Shown here one piece after another: positions 15,001-27,369 of a stretch of 64,000 nucleotides of DNA. Position 1 is the first letter of the stretch, and every line of letters starts with the position of its first letter. The translations under genes were made by a program, and so were the position numbers. The notes beneath the pieces are model-generated. The model ran no database searches, was not told the origin of the DNA, and saw only the letters and a program-made list of their open reading frames with translations. The DNA comes from Phoronis australis (lineage: Eukaryota > Animalia > Phoronida). The stretch is from the NCBI GenBank assembly GCA_002633005.1, contig NMRA01000202.1:1-64000 (forward strand), read 5' to 3'.

Positions 15001-15495
15001 TCCGCGGCAAATTCCTTTGTTACCGCGGCGTTGCAGACGACGTTCACCTCGAAAAGCGGAAGTTGCTCTTTATGTTTCGGAGGAACGTAAATTGTCAACA
15101 TTGCCGGGGCATCTGGGACAGCGTGGTGGGATTTTCAATGGCGTCTCGTGTTATTAAGTTTCAAAGTTTCCGCTTTTTTTGTCATTGGTCATTCCAAGCC
15201 CTGTTTAATACTACTGCTTCTGTGTGATGCTTTCAATCAACATTAATTTGTGGTTATAGTTTTGTTACATTCCTGAGTGTATTGATGTCTGTCTCCAGTG
15301 TTGGCAGTATTCATACTTTGTTTCAGGTATTACTACAAGTCAAAAGAGCAGTCTAAGCCTTGTGATGAGACCTGCAAAAGGTCAATGGTATGCGCCTTGA
15401 GGTCAGCTCGGTCACATGACCCATCATTGTGTAAAGACATGGAAGTCGATCATGAAACTTTCATGAAATGGTTGAGAGACGAGAAGCTGTGTTAA
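2718..15495 (+). CDS. SMPD1: Acid sphingomyelinase (sphingomyelin phosphodiesterase), 12 coding exons: join(2718..3047,4912..5076,7743..7866,8233..8333,9013..9182,9937..10050,10282..10362,10856..11026,11777..11969,12769..12858,13789..13886,15327..15495), 601 aa
   Basis: All 11 introns are GT-AG with matching phases; the spliced length is 1806 nt with no internal stop. The translation shows a signal peptide, a saposin-B domain (CTAC...VC...VC...EVCG...SCG), a Pro-rich linker ([14 protein letters not shown]), metallophosphoesterase motifs LSDIH, WLGD, LGNHE, IGHIPPG and FFGHTH, and a C-terminal Cys-containing domain. Confidence 0.96.
3397..3510 (+). pseudogene. THAP zinc-finger N-terminal fragment, probably transposon-derived, in the first intron within the SMPD1 CDS
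   Basis: Reads [14 protein letters not shown]...LKFFTFP, i.e. the CxxxC and FxFP hallmarks; the later W and CxxHF motifs are missing. Confidence 0.55.
3635..3946. mobile_element. Decayed MITE(s) with CAGGGGCAGGTCCAGG ... CCTAAATCTGCCACTG ends
   Basis: Imperfect 16-bp TIRs with subterminal G/C runs; internal gatgcgcgtgcccagcctaaa resembles 19787-19807. No TSD found. Confidence 0.5.
4543..4712. mobile_element. Tc1/pogo-like MITE remnant
   Basis: TA|CAGTAAAACTCACATA at the left end and TATGCGAGTTTTAT at the right end form an imperfect inverted match. Confidence 0.45.
4912..5076 (+). CDS. SMPD1: SMPD1 coding exon 2 (end of saposin-B, Pro-rich linker)
   Basis: acag|[55 protein letters not shown]|gtatag. 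Confidence 0.95.
7743..7866 (+). CDS. SMPD1: SMPD1 coding exon 3
   Basis: tttcag|[41 protein letters not shown]|gtgagt; contains the metal-binding DxH motif. Confidence 0.95.
8233..8333 (+). CDS. SMPD1: SMPD1 coding exon 4
   Basis: ttgcag|[33 protein letters not shown]|gtaagt. Confidence 0.94.
8553..8820. repeat. Degenerate ~38-bp tandem repeat in an SMPD1 intron
   Basis: About 7 copies of gacaggtttRtattgactgRtgacctaatgaaaa-like units. Confidence 0.7.
9013..9182 (+). CDS. SMPD1: SMPD1 coding exon 5
   Basis: ttttag|[16 protein letters not shown]...[14 protein letters not shown]|gtaggt; GD and GNHE motifs. Confidence 0.96.
9937..10050 (+). CDS. SMPD1: SMPD1 coding exon 6
   Basis: ctccag|[37 protein letters not shown]|gtttgt. 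Confidence 0.92.
10282..10362 (+). CDS. SMPD1: SMPD1 coding exon 7
   Basis: ttccag|[26 protein letters not shown]|gtaaag. Confidence 0.95.
10856..11026 (+). CDS. SMPD1: SMPD1 coding exon 8
   Basis: atccag|[39 protein letters not shown]...YYKIVN|gtttgt. Confidence 0.95.
11777..11969 (+). CDS. SMPD1: SMPD1 coding exon 9
   Basis: ttctag|[23 protein letters not shown]...[27 protein letters not shown]|gtaagg. Confidence 0.96.
12441..12652. mobile_element. MITE / inverted repeat with ~63-bp arms
   Basis: agtcttcata...gtcacatcacgtgacctagagttaagtctgaaaagatctc pairs with gagatcttttcagacttaactataggtcatatgatgtgac...tatgaagact. Confidence 0.75.
12769..12858 (+). CDS. SMPD1: SMPD1 coding exon 10
   Basis: ttacag|[30 protein letters not shown]|gtatgc. 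Confidence 0.95.
13789..13886 (+). CDS. SMPD1: SMPD1 coding exon 11
   Basis: ttttag|[32 protein letters not shown]|gtacgg. Confidence 0.93.
13921..14412. mobile_element. PIF/Harbinger-like MITE
   Basis: Ends AGGTGTTTTCATACT and AGTATGAAAGGGCCT (12/15 inverted match); AGA flanks both sides; internal GTTAAC/TTCGA motifs recur. Confidence 0.6.
14893..15203. mobile_element. hAT-like MITE with 6-bp TSD
   Basis: CAGGGCTT...AAGCCCTG ends; TTTAAT at 14887-14892 and 15204-15209; repeated subterminal TTTCCGC motifs. Confidence 0.75.
15327..15495 (+). CDS. SMPD1: SMPD1 coding exon 12 (terminal)
   Basis: tttcag|[35 protein letters not shown]...EKLC then TAA. Confidence 0.94.
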
Positions 15496-18323
15496 ACGTT
15501 TTTTTTTATTTTCCTCTCGTTGATAAAAGAGAAAAAATTGATGACTAAATTAGTGCCATCTTCTCAGGAATTTTTTGTTGTTCATGAAATGCTTGGTATT
15601 GTAATGATCTGAAGTCCAAGATAAGAACAATTGGAATTCACTTACTGTGTGATTCAGATTGTTCACTATCTTGTGAAAATATTAATCCAGTGCATGTATA
15701 TTTTGCTTGAACATAAATGCTTAGCAGCACTGTTAATTCAATGCAATGATATCTTAAGTTGTATTTATTCGTTGTAATTCAGTTGTTAATTTTTTGCATC
15801 TTTTTGTAGTTAGTTGAAGTAGTATGTTTAACTCACAATCCCACGAGGGCTTGGGCTGCCTCGTATCATGTTGTTCACACTGTACTGTCTCCAGTTGGAA
15901 TGTTTGCCCATGTTACGGCGTCATCCTGAGTTTGTAAGTGTGTCGCGTTGGATGCAGCTTTTGATAAGTTGTTTGGAATGAAACTGAAGGCAGAAATCTT
16001 ATGTTTTGTCATCTTTCCATCAAATTTCCATTGGCACAACATGAATGGCTCCTTTTAAAAATTATTTCTGCTATTCTAAGGATTTTTGTATTATTCTCTG
16101 ACACAAAACTGAAATGCCTCCCCCCCAAAAAAATTGGGACGGAGGATCCTCTGGACGCCAGTGTCTGGAAGTGTCCTCAAACATTGCAGTATTGTGTTTC
16201 CTGTGGTGGGAAAATTGTGACTTATAAAACTTTTTTTTCATTTTATTAATCTATAGGTTATCTTGATTCACAAGACATATTATGTTGTTGTCACACGACC
16301 TGGTGATTTCAGGCGTGCATCTTGTGATGTGACTTTTTGTGAAACATTATTACAATTGACTGTGTAATTGATTTTTAACCAAAAATGTGTTCAGAACACA
16401 ATGACAAGTTTGAGATCACTGCACTATAAATGTGTTACTGTTGTCAGTTGCAAGAAGCCTTTTGTTTTAGGCAGCATAAACAATTTTTGTTTTAATTATG
16501 ACCTTGTGCCTGTTGTTAATAATTCTCAGATTGACATTTTCAGTATATATTTGTTATGAGCGTTTACAAGTATTAATGATGAAGTTGTTTTCCAAAATAC
16601 ATTAGTTTCTCATTGAATTAATGTTGTCTCTGATTTTTGGGTACCACGTCTTTGACTGTCGAGGAACAGAGTGCCATTACGTTTCTTGACTGCACGAAAA
16701 AACGGCAAGGGGGAGCACGGGTCCGGGAATTCAATGGATTTTTTTATCACAAAAACCAAGACTGGTCTCTGGACCCCTCAACTCAATTGCAAGAAATTGT
16801 TCACTGCCATTAAATAGGGTTATTATGGCGGTCGCTCACTCCGTCGTCGCCGCTTCTTAGGTCCATGCACAGCGTTCGAAATACACGCTGTCGCTGGGCC
16901 AGTGGATTTGCGGCCGGGTCAGTAACTTTTAAAAGTTAACTTGCCACTTAGGTCAGTAAATTTTCAGACTAACTGGTCCGGCGTGCCAGGACATTTATTT
17001 ACTGAAGTTCGGACAGTGGCCATGCAGTAGGATGGTGTAGAGTTAAGGTGACGAACATGTAACAAGATGGGCTAACTTCCATTTATTTTATCATCTTTAT
17101 TTAACGTTTCTTCCAATTCATTGGTCATCGGAAGCTGGTCTGCATTAATTTTGCAATGAGTTTCTAAGGTCTAAATCCTTTGCCAAATATGTTATTGTTA
17201 CCAGAAATTCGGGGGGTCGCAAACTTTTTATAATCACTCCAACAATTAAGTTGTTGGCAATATCAGTGTTGCACTCCACACAGTCCTAACGTAGCCTGCC
17301 CATTCTACTCGGCTCTATTAATAATTCGCCAGTGCTTGGTATTGTATCAGCGTCGTGGTTAGTCCACGCATTATGTTGGTCAAACCTTCTTATGGGCTGT
17401 CGCAACCATCTACCGCCGATGTATATAAAAGAAACTTCACATTGAGTCCACAAAATCAATCACATTTTACTTATTGGTTTAAAAGTTGTAAAACTATCAA
17501 TAACGGATGATTTTTGTCGTTTTTATGTGACCCTTGACTTTTGATGTGAGGGCGACAACTAACTAACAAGCTGGAACTTGTTTGACTTCTTAGAGCGCAT
17601 GCGCGCATATACTGTCGGGGGAGGAAAATTTGAAGAACTGTATTGGGATGAAATAAATATTATTTCGTCTGCGTTTCAAAAATACTAAACTTGACGAATT
17701 ATTCTTGAAATTCTTGCAATATTCAAAGTCAATAACTGTCACGATAGCATCCCCATGCTGTAGATTCGCTACGATCTGTTTAAAAGATGTTCTTCACGCG
17801 TTATTGTGTTCCATGCCTCTGAAATTACCATCATCCCGCAAACCGGCCCCTGAAACACCTCAAAATATGGCTAAACACAAAATAGGCATAATGACTTAGC
17901 GCATTTTGGCGCTCCGGTTAAGGTTATGGAAACTCTTTTGAAAATGCAGACTCTTCTGATAGAGAGGCTCAATTTTTACACAAAAATATTAAAACATTTT
18001 TTCACTAATTTTCATTTGAATTGTTTAAAAACTATTTTACTAACTGAACATGATACTCCAACTTAAAAAATACTGACTCGGATAATTTGAAATAAAGCTT
18101 AAGAACATATCTCACCAGGATACATGAGCAAATTTTCTCAATATATGAGATGGGGACCCTACTGGCTAGACTCGACATCGTGGAATAACAGTTAATAATG
18201 CTAAGAAAATCCACAGTTAAAGCATAGGGCAAATTTACTCACCAACGGTGAGTCGTCATGAAACAGTTTTTTCAAAATTCTCACATCTGAAATACTTCAG
18301 GACTTGAATAAACTTCTCTGCCC

Positions 18324-18367
18324 NNNNNNNNNNNNNNNNNNNNNNNNNNNNNNNNNNNNNNNNNNNN
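18324..18367. other. Assembly gap (44 N)
   Basis: Run of N. Confidence 1.
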
Positions 18368-18670
18368 ACTATGTAAATAAGCCAACTGACACCGGAATGA
18401 AACTCAACGAGAATGAATGGGCTCAATTAATTACTCCCCTACCCTCCCCCTTAAGACCTTTTGTGACGGTTTGGCTCCACATCAGGTACTCCATCGAAAA
18501 GAACCTGTTCAGGTGATACCGTATGCTGGGAACCTAATTCCATATTTGGTTTGCGCTCAGGGGGACTTCACAACAGGTAACTATGGTGGGAATAGCCTAA
18601 CTGTGTGTGTCGGCACTGCCTATTGAGTGCATCTAATAGAACAACGGGGAGTGGATGCGCTAAATCTCTT

Positions 18671-18699
18671 GTCACGTGACTTTTGAATTTCCCGCCAAA
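18671..18699 (+). promoter_or_regulatory. Perfect GTCACGTGAC E-box (CLEAR-type) next to an E2F-type TTTCCCGCCAAA motif; candidate promoter
   Basis: Both motifs are read directly from the sequence; a donor-like GTAAGT follows at 18925. Function is not shown. Confidence 0.4.
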
Positions 18700-19786
18700 T
18701 GACATATTGCTATTCGAACCAGAAAACCACTGCTATTGAGACAAGAGAGACGTGCGATTACTACTGCGATATACGAGCCTGATTACTACTACTATGAGAT
18801 TTCTATATATTGTGAAACCTAATTACTACTACAACTACGAGAGTAATATATTGTGTGGAGTGCCTGAACAAGTGAGAACGCCTTTCATAGATTACCTGAA
18901 CACCTTTTGTGGATTCATCACCCAGTAAGTACTCTGCTTTTACAACATGTGTTAAGTCGAAGTTATTTTTTTTTGACAACGGGTGTCAGGCAAACACTGG
19001 TGATTCAGTGACTAGAAGAACATAACGATGTCGGCCTTAAGCTGGTCAGGCCGTGTAACCCCATGGAAAGGGGGCGTTTGGGGAGTGACCCTCAACAGTT
19101 GTCCATTTGGATGAGCTAAAAAATAAGTTTGGCAAGGATGGAAATCGCTGAAAAAAGAGTTAATCAAGTTAGAGTTTTGAAATGTATGGTTCCATGTCAT
19201 TTGATAAGTTTGCCTTTCTCTTTAATTACGGGTTTTCTTACCATTATTAAGTTTTGTTGTCCTTGCCTGTCCTTGTTTTTAAACCCCGATCGCTTCGCAA
19301 TTCAACATTGATAGCTAAAAGTTAGCTTTAGATGCGACATCGTTAGTTATCGCTGTGTAGTTGAAACGGTAGTTCTGTTTCAAAATATTTACTTGAGTTC
19401 TTATAAAATGACAGTAGGTTACATTTTTTGATACTGCGAATAATTTCAATTTTTAGTAAGTATTTTGGTTTAACCAACTGCTGTTGAAAAACGAGCAAAC
19501 TATCATCACTTTTATTAACCTTAAAAGGCAATGTTGCCTTTATAAAGGAGCTTTTGTGAAATTTGGCGTATTTTACACATCTGAAATGTACTTTCAATCC
19601 CTTTAATCAGTTTTTGTAAAAACGATATTAAAGACACCTCAATTATGTCAGACCAGACCACCCAACATAGCGTTTCATCACAAACCATGAACAATAACAA
19701 CGGTTTTCAAGTGTTTGTTTTTTGCCGCCATATTGGAAACCACGTTTAGAATAGTAATTATCGCTGAAGAGATACAGCATCCTAGA

Positions 19787-19911
19787 CATGCGCGCACCCA
19801 GCCTAAAAATTGGCGGCTCGAATTTTTGAGAATGTCGACCTTTTACTAAGATTCACGCGGTACGTTCGGAGCTATGAACTGTGCATTCACCGAATTTTGG
19901 GTGTGCGCATG
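19787..19911. mobile_element. 125-bp MITE with 14-bp TIR and 5-bp TSD
   Basis: CATGCGCGCACCCA ... TGGGTGTGCGCATG with CTAGA on both sides; a related end (ggctgggtgcgcgcatg) lies at 22463-22479. Confidence 0.75.
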
Positions 19912-22900
19912 CTAGAGGTTTAAATAGCATTTTATGACTAAACTTTAAACGATACATTACGATTGTTGAACCCCGTTCGAGCTAAAATAAGAAAGTAGTG
20001 CTCTCAAGTCCAAAATATATGAAAGATTAAGGAAAAATGGAAAAAATGACGTCCTGCTGAAACTTTTTGTAGAGAAAAAAAATTATTAAACGAAGTAAAG
20101 TCAGTGACGGTATTTCGATTGTGATTTGCAATACGGCGAAAAAGGGCACGCAGGACAAAATCTTGAACGGACAAAAATGTAATACATCATGTCAGGACGA
20201 TAACTTATCTTCTTTAGGGCAATTCCATTTGTGATGGACGTACAATCAGAGAACACTTTGATTTGAAAAAATGTTCATCCTAGGAAAATATTGAATGCAT
20301 CAATTATATGTCTCCTTGATAGATTTCAAAGCATGTATCAACTTTTTCCCTATCTTTTTATTTGACGGAGAAAATTGCCCTTAAATGGGTGTGACGAAAG
20401 TACGCAGAGAATTTGAATTTAAAAAACAAATTAACGTTAATTTTCTGAGAGTTGCATTAAGTTACCATTTTTTGTTTTATATGATGATTTAGTGGAATGC
20501 TTGCAAAGTACAACACACATTTTTTGGTAATATCTAAGAAATTTTTGTCAGATAGCTCAATGTATGTTGAGTTAGTATGACGGACGAACGTGACGGATGT
20601 ACGCTCTGAATTTCTAGTATTAAATTGTTTGTTGTGACTAAGATATCAATTCAGAATGATTCAAACATTTGAAGTATTTAAGCTATAATTGGCCTTTTGT
20701 TATTGATTCAATGTTTCTAATTATAATGCACTGATTGAACTTTAGCACAAAATCGTCACAGGTAGGCCTATGGTAGGAATATACTCTAGGATTTTAACTT
20801 TTCAATACACTTGATTAAACATGTGACAACCTTCTAAAATTGTCACTTCTCTTTGAAGATGGCAAGCAATATAGATGGGAATGAGAGTGATAATCATTTT
20901 GTATTTGACAACTGTTAGTAATCAGGAATTGTTTTTATGCGTTAAGTACAATACTTATTCAAAACTAATAAGTAAATGTGACTGTCAAAATATAAAATGT
21001 AATAAATAAAGTTTACATTACTAATCACTGTCATAAAACAGATTTTAGTTAATTGTTTTTTTAAATAAGAAATCGCCCTAAGCTTGTACAAAATTATTCT
21101 CTGGGCCACGTCGTTGAACGTTCTGACACATACCCGTGTAAGTAATAAAGGTGATGTTTTTAAAGTATAAGTAACAGGACTTCAGTATCGTCTTAAAACA
21201 AAGTCTGAAGCATATGGTTTAGTTGACAGCATCGGCATTTGGCATTCATATTTTGATTCAAATCACCAGTGCTGTCTTCTAATGTGAAAATAAGACGTTT
21301 TAAATTTATTGCATTTAGGATTAGGATTTAGGAAATATGTAGAGCTAACTTATCACAGGCTGGTCTCTATTTAGTGATTAACAAATCTACCTTTTCATCC
21401 AGCTCAAATTTAAAGAGAGGCGGTAAATAATGTCACATCACAGTACGCGCAAGTACAATTTCTTGATCCACGATGGCATTTTCTCGAGTTTCACCGTGGT
21501 CTCCAACAATTTCCTCTTTCGTTTCTAAACACTTGTTTACTCTCCTAGAAGCTCAGCAGAAAAGTTTAGTTTTAATTTTTAAAAAGATTGCGGGATCAAA
21601 AATATGTAAGGTGAGACAGTGTAATCATTTGCTATGAAATCATTTTATACAAGTCGCACCCAATTACCCAAGACACTGAAAAACACATTAAAAATGCCCA
21701 GTATCAGATTTTTCAATACAAAACACAACATAGCATGTCAGAGCACAAATGACACGTAGATTTTAGCGCAACAGCAACTTTCACTTGACATGTGTTCATT
21801 TAGGTCTCTTGTTATTTATACTCTAGAGCACCTTAGGAATTCGTTTGTATGAATATTTTTGCATCTTGAATTTTCCAAAAACTAAGCATTTCTTTACAAA
21901 CGCGGGCCCCAGCAGAAAAACAATAAGTTCATTAATTTATTATTTTGTTTTATTTACATTTTATAATGTGGTCTAACTGTCTGATTTTAATAAGTTGAAT
22001 TCTACTGAGAATAACTAGATGACATTGTAAACTATAACTTTTCTGGAAATACATTTAAAATTGGAAAGGACCAGTGCATCTAGTTTAAATCCATAGCAAC
22101 TTCATCACTAAATTTTAGAGCTGTCTTTGTAATGTTTAATAATTTTAAGGTTCTTATATGTGAGATATATTTTATCTTCTGCAAGTTTAGAAAGTAAAAA
22201 TATGACCTAAGATTATTTAGTGGCTGAGTAATTTCATGAGTGTCACGGGGGCTCAGGGGGCTCGAACGAGCCACCCCCATTTGGCGAAGTGTGCAAAAAG
22301 GTACGCCCCTGAGAAACAAAAAGTCCGAGAAAATGAGACAAAAGTTCACTAAAGAAGCACAAACGAGCAATTCACAATGGTGCTCCCGTTTTTTTTTTGT
22401 CCGCCCGCTTTTTTGTTACCAAAAGGTCTACAACGTCAGGAATGCGAGCCCCCCATATTGAAGGCTGGGTGCGCGCATGCATTCCAGAAGCTATCGTTTT
22501 ATTTGTACCTACAGAACCTTTCGTACAAATGTAGAGATCAGTAACGCTAGGACATTACTCTCGCTGGTTCTCTGTGTGTCCGCTAGAGGGATGACACGCA
22601 TCATTTTCAATTTTTCTCGGGGAAAATTTTTACACCCACGTTTCTGATTGGCTGGTTGAATTGTCAACAGGTAGCGCTTTATACATAAACAAACCGGCGT
22701 GACTGTTGGAGGAGTTGCAAACGTGGAATGATATAGTAGGTCTGTTGTACAAACAATTCGGTGTTCAGTTGTTATATGTTCGTGAAATGTGAATCAGAAA
22801 GTTGTGTTCGTGTATTTACGGTTTGAATTTTTCGTAGCCTGTTCTGGCTGTTGGCATTAGCCTGCAGCTAGAGTGTACTTTTCGGCTATCTGCCGTGGTC

Positions 22901-25900
22901 GTGGATGTCAAACTCCGCCGGGGTTAGGCCCGGTTAGGCAACACGTAGCCCTCGGTTGGCCGGTTAGGAGCTACAATATTTCCAATCGCTTTCTGTACGA
23001 ATTTCGTCCCGTGTATTTTAAACAGGCGGTAGGCCAAATCCGGTCTCCGATTAAGAATTTTGACCTCGTCAAACTACACTCCACACTTAAAACTATCATT
23101 ACAGCGTTCTGTCGTTCAGTAACTTTTCCAGACGTGAGGGGTGCTGAACTTGCGATAACATCTGGCTCTTTTGTTAACTGCCCAGCTCAGTCTTTTGTCC
23201 CGTATGATAACAAGCAGGCCAATTATCTCCCAGGCTTCAATGGAAACGGTGGTTGCACGACTTGCACGCTATTACCGAACGCGTATGAACACAGTCAAAC
23301 CCAGCGCATTGGTAATCATTGTCCGAAATTCCATGAGACCTTCCAAAACTGGAAAGTTTGTCCAGAGATGTTTGGGGCTTAGAGCACTGTGTTGTTTGAA
23401 AATTATGATTTTAACCAAACATTCATTTGCTTAATTGGTGTTGTTCGATGACATTGCCCAGGCTAAAGATACTGCCGGAAATAAGAGCTGAATGAAAGTG
23501 TGATTTTTAGTTATACATTTCTGTTTCAAGGATAGAGAGAAGTTCCTAGACTGGGATGTTACATCTCCAAGTACAATACTCTTGTGATTGAGGAATACCC
23601 AGAGATAGATGATGACCACCTTCAACCTATCGACCATTGAACATCCCTCGCTTACCTTTCCGATGAGCTGATAGTAAGTGAAATTCTCAGTTGAGATTTG
23701 TGGTTTTGTTCTACAGCGTGTGCAGCTTGTGACATTATGACAATTTAAAGCTACTGACTGCTCTATGTGGTTATCTTTAAATTTGACTAGAGAAAGGCAA
23801 TTGCATATGAACTTAAGAGGTAATGTTTGACCTTCAATGATATTTCTTTATTGCATGCATTTAAAACTGCATGGTTAGAAGACTTATTAAACACTGTGAA
23901 GGGCTATTAGTGTTCGGAGTGTAATGCTTTGAATAGCTAAAGTGTGGTGGGCTTTAAATCTGAACAATCGCATCTAAATACGCCAATGGTGGATCAACAA
24001 GGTACTAAAAACTCAGCAGCCAAAACAGGATCAAGACATCAGTCTTTATTGATTGTAATCATGCACTCTACAGTTCAAAGATAAATGGAATGAATGAAAA
24101 AAAGTTAATTTCAACTCAGTCTCGTCATTTCTCTTCATATCAACTGCTCATTTCCTGGCATCATTTTGTTTTCAATTTAGAAAACCTGGTTCAACCGAAA
24201 ATTTCCACACAAACAGCCAATGAGAAGTTCTCACTGAATTCTATCAGTATGTAACTTGCAATTTCTAATTATCGCTCAATTCTCAGAAAATGTTCACGTC
24301 AACTGAATTGCAACTGTCTGGAATTGCCACCACCTGCTGAGTTAGTAAACTCCTTCAGTTCGCTGTGGATTCTCATGTTGTATTTCCTTCTTTCTTTACC
24401 TCAAGGGAACTGATTACCCTCCGATGGACGACATCTTCCACGAACCTTCCATCGAGTACATCCCGCCGCCAGAGCCAGACAAGCATTCTGTGAGTATGTA
24501 GTTTATGATTTAATATAGTCCATTTTTGAGCGTTTCTAATTGTAATTAATGAATGGAATTTTCATTTTCTGTAGGTTCCTTCCTTCAGGATGCTTCCCGT
24601 TGATAACTGGAGCGGGGTGGAGGGGTGCCACATTACAAAATGTAATGTTTCATGACTGCATTTTTTTGAACTTTCAGGATCACAGCAGCTTTTCATTCCT
24701 CTCTTGTTCTTTATCAGTTCCAGGTTGTACAAGTGTTAAGAATGCTGTGGCCAATCTTCACCAGTCCTCACATGTTCACCATGAGTTTGGTTCTCATGTG
24801 CGTCTTGTAGACAAGTGACAATTTTCAATTATTGTCTCAGGTTTCTTCCAGGATGATGCCCTAGCTGTGACACATTACTTGAGCGCCGTTCAACCAGCCG
24901 TGCATCCGTGAACGTGTAGTCGATGGATGAACTTCGTTTGTTTTCTTGGATTTCTTATCAGAATGCTGCTCTGTGGTAACTAGAGGGGGGTGTAGGCTGA
25001 TCCTGGTTCCTGCAAAAATCATCAATTTTGTGATTCACGACCAAGTGCCTTTCAAGTTTTGGAGACCCACATTTATATTTTTTTCACACTTGCAGTGACC
25101 TTCAAATCATGGCTCTTAAGATATGAGAAATGTCATTTTCATGTATGCACTTGGCCACGTTGCCAGCAACCGTTCATACAGACACTGAAGTACGGAAATA
25201 CCTAATATATACACCAACATTTCCAACCATACCCATTAGGGTTAAAACACCCAAGTTCAATGAAATGCTAACCGCCCAAATTTCCATTTTTAAATACTTT
25301 ATATTCGTCCAATTTATGCAGTTGCGATTTTCTGAAAAAAAGTATTGGTATCCTTATGAACTCCTTTCCGACGGGAATCTTGATTTTTGAACGTCCCATT
25401 GGCATTAAGTGCCACAAGCAGTGACCGGGGTGGGTACAGTGACTGTAAACTTGTTTGCTAATACTTTTTGTTTCTTTTTTCTTTGTAGGTTCCTTCGAGG
25501 GTGCTGCTCTGTGATAATAGTACAGGGGAGAGAAGAGGGGTTGTATCAGCATTCAAGCTAATTTCTAAAATCATTGATTTCATGATTTACAATAATATGA
25601 CTTTTCAAGTTTCACTAATCATGGCAGATTGTCGTTCCTTTTCCTTCGCAAGAGCCACTGTTCTTTGGACTATCATGACGCTAATAATTTTAGTGACACC
25701 AATTTTCTGTGATTTCAGCCTAATTACAAAATCGCATTCCGGTTTCACGTCTCCCAAAACCGTACCCTTCTTCCTTCTCTATGAATTGAATTGTGTCGTT
25801 TGTTTTCCATCTATGCATCTAGGATCACCATTTGCTGACATCGCTGCCTGTCATTGACCATCACTCAGTAGGATTCTCCCGGATTACCCACAAAGCTGCA

Positions 25901-27369
25901 GCATCTGTCAAGCAGTTCTCTAGTCTTGTTTTCATGCCTTTGTCAATTTTCATTTAATTTGTATTGATTACATTAATTGAGTTCAACCTTCCAATGACAG
26001 AAAAGTTTTGCTCAGCTGTTCTGTGGCTGCAACCCCTGATGGCAGAAAGTTGCATTGACTTGAGAATTATTTGTAGATGTGATGGTTTCCGAGATTTCTA
26101 AACCAAGGCCAATGTAACAACGCAATTTCCTACCTCCGGGGACAAAGGAGCTTTCTAGCCGGGACCATCCTATTGACCTGAAGAACGCCAGTGCATCCTG
26201 GCCACAATCAGGTACTTAAGCCACATAGTGATTGCATATGCATCAAGGAAGGGCACAGATGTGTCAGGAACCTGTAATTCAGATGGACACAGGTTATACA
26301 CTGGCAATTTTACCTTTACTTGTCAACAACTAAACTCAGCCAAATGCCAGTGACCAAAATTTCTAAATCTTCACTCATGTGTGGCTTAGCATCCACTTCT
26401 AACTTATATGAGTCAAGCTTACTTAAAAGTGTCAGTCGAACAAGAATCCCACATAAAAATTTAGCTTCCAAAATGTGTGCGTCTTGTCAGTTCATCTTTC
26501 GGCGGTAACAAAGATCGATGGTATCATATCGGCATGCCTTGCCAAGTATCCATGCTGAAAAAGACACACTGAAGAAATAATGAAATGGTTTTCTAATTTT
26601 TATGAACATCATAGAGTAGTACTTAAGTGCAAAAGTGGTCAAGACACTCTTATCAAGCAACTCAACTTTTATCTAAATTCCGTTAATGTGACCATGCTCA
26701 GCTTAATGCCCACTTTCTGATTTTTGAATGTCTCAATTAAGTGCCCTAGCTGTATGTTATTGTTAATGTGGATGAATAAGGTAATTATTGACTTGTAGTT
26801 AATTTATCATTCTTGGTTTTTCTTTCTTAGGTTTGGATCTTGCTGACCATGGCCGCCTGTCATTGACCATTGGCCAAGCGACTGCACGCATTGATGAACG
26901 TCATTACATCTACGCTTGCCGTCAACGACTATAGTCGCATCTCAACTACATCAAGGAATGGCACCTGCCTGTCATCAACTGTGCATAGTACAGATAAACT
27001 GAAGTTCAGGGAGTTTTTTTACACCTCCAGTGCATACTCAGAAGGGTTCACAGGCAAGTTGGGCCGAATGCTAATCGACAAAATTTTACATATCTTTGCA
27101 TTTAAATGCTCTCACTTTGCCCACATTTAATTGTTGCAATTACATGATACTTCCCAAAAAGTTTCAGTGTCTAAATGAGTGCCATTTTGCCAAAATATTT
27201 AGCTCCTAAAACATACGCATTTTGTTCACCTTTTGGTAACTCGTAATTTTATGTGAATCCATTTCGCAGTTCACGACAAACACGCGAAGTAGTTTGGCAG
27301 ATGAACAGAGAATTCCTGGTCATAACCGTTAATTCTATCATCATGTCGGGGAATTCCAGGTCATTCTAG

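Noticed and set aside
20104-20606. Recurring GTGACGGAYGTAC-like motifs as a defined element
   Set aside because: Suggestive of transposon subterminal repeats, but I could not find ends or a TSD.
22873-23382. 169-aa ORF as a gene
   Set aside because: GTG start, no recognisable domain and no splice context that extends it.
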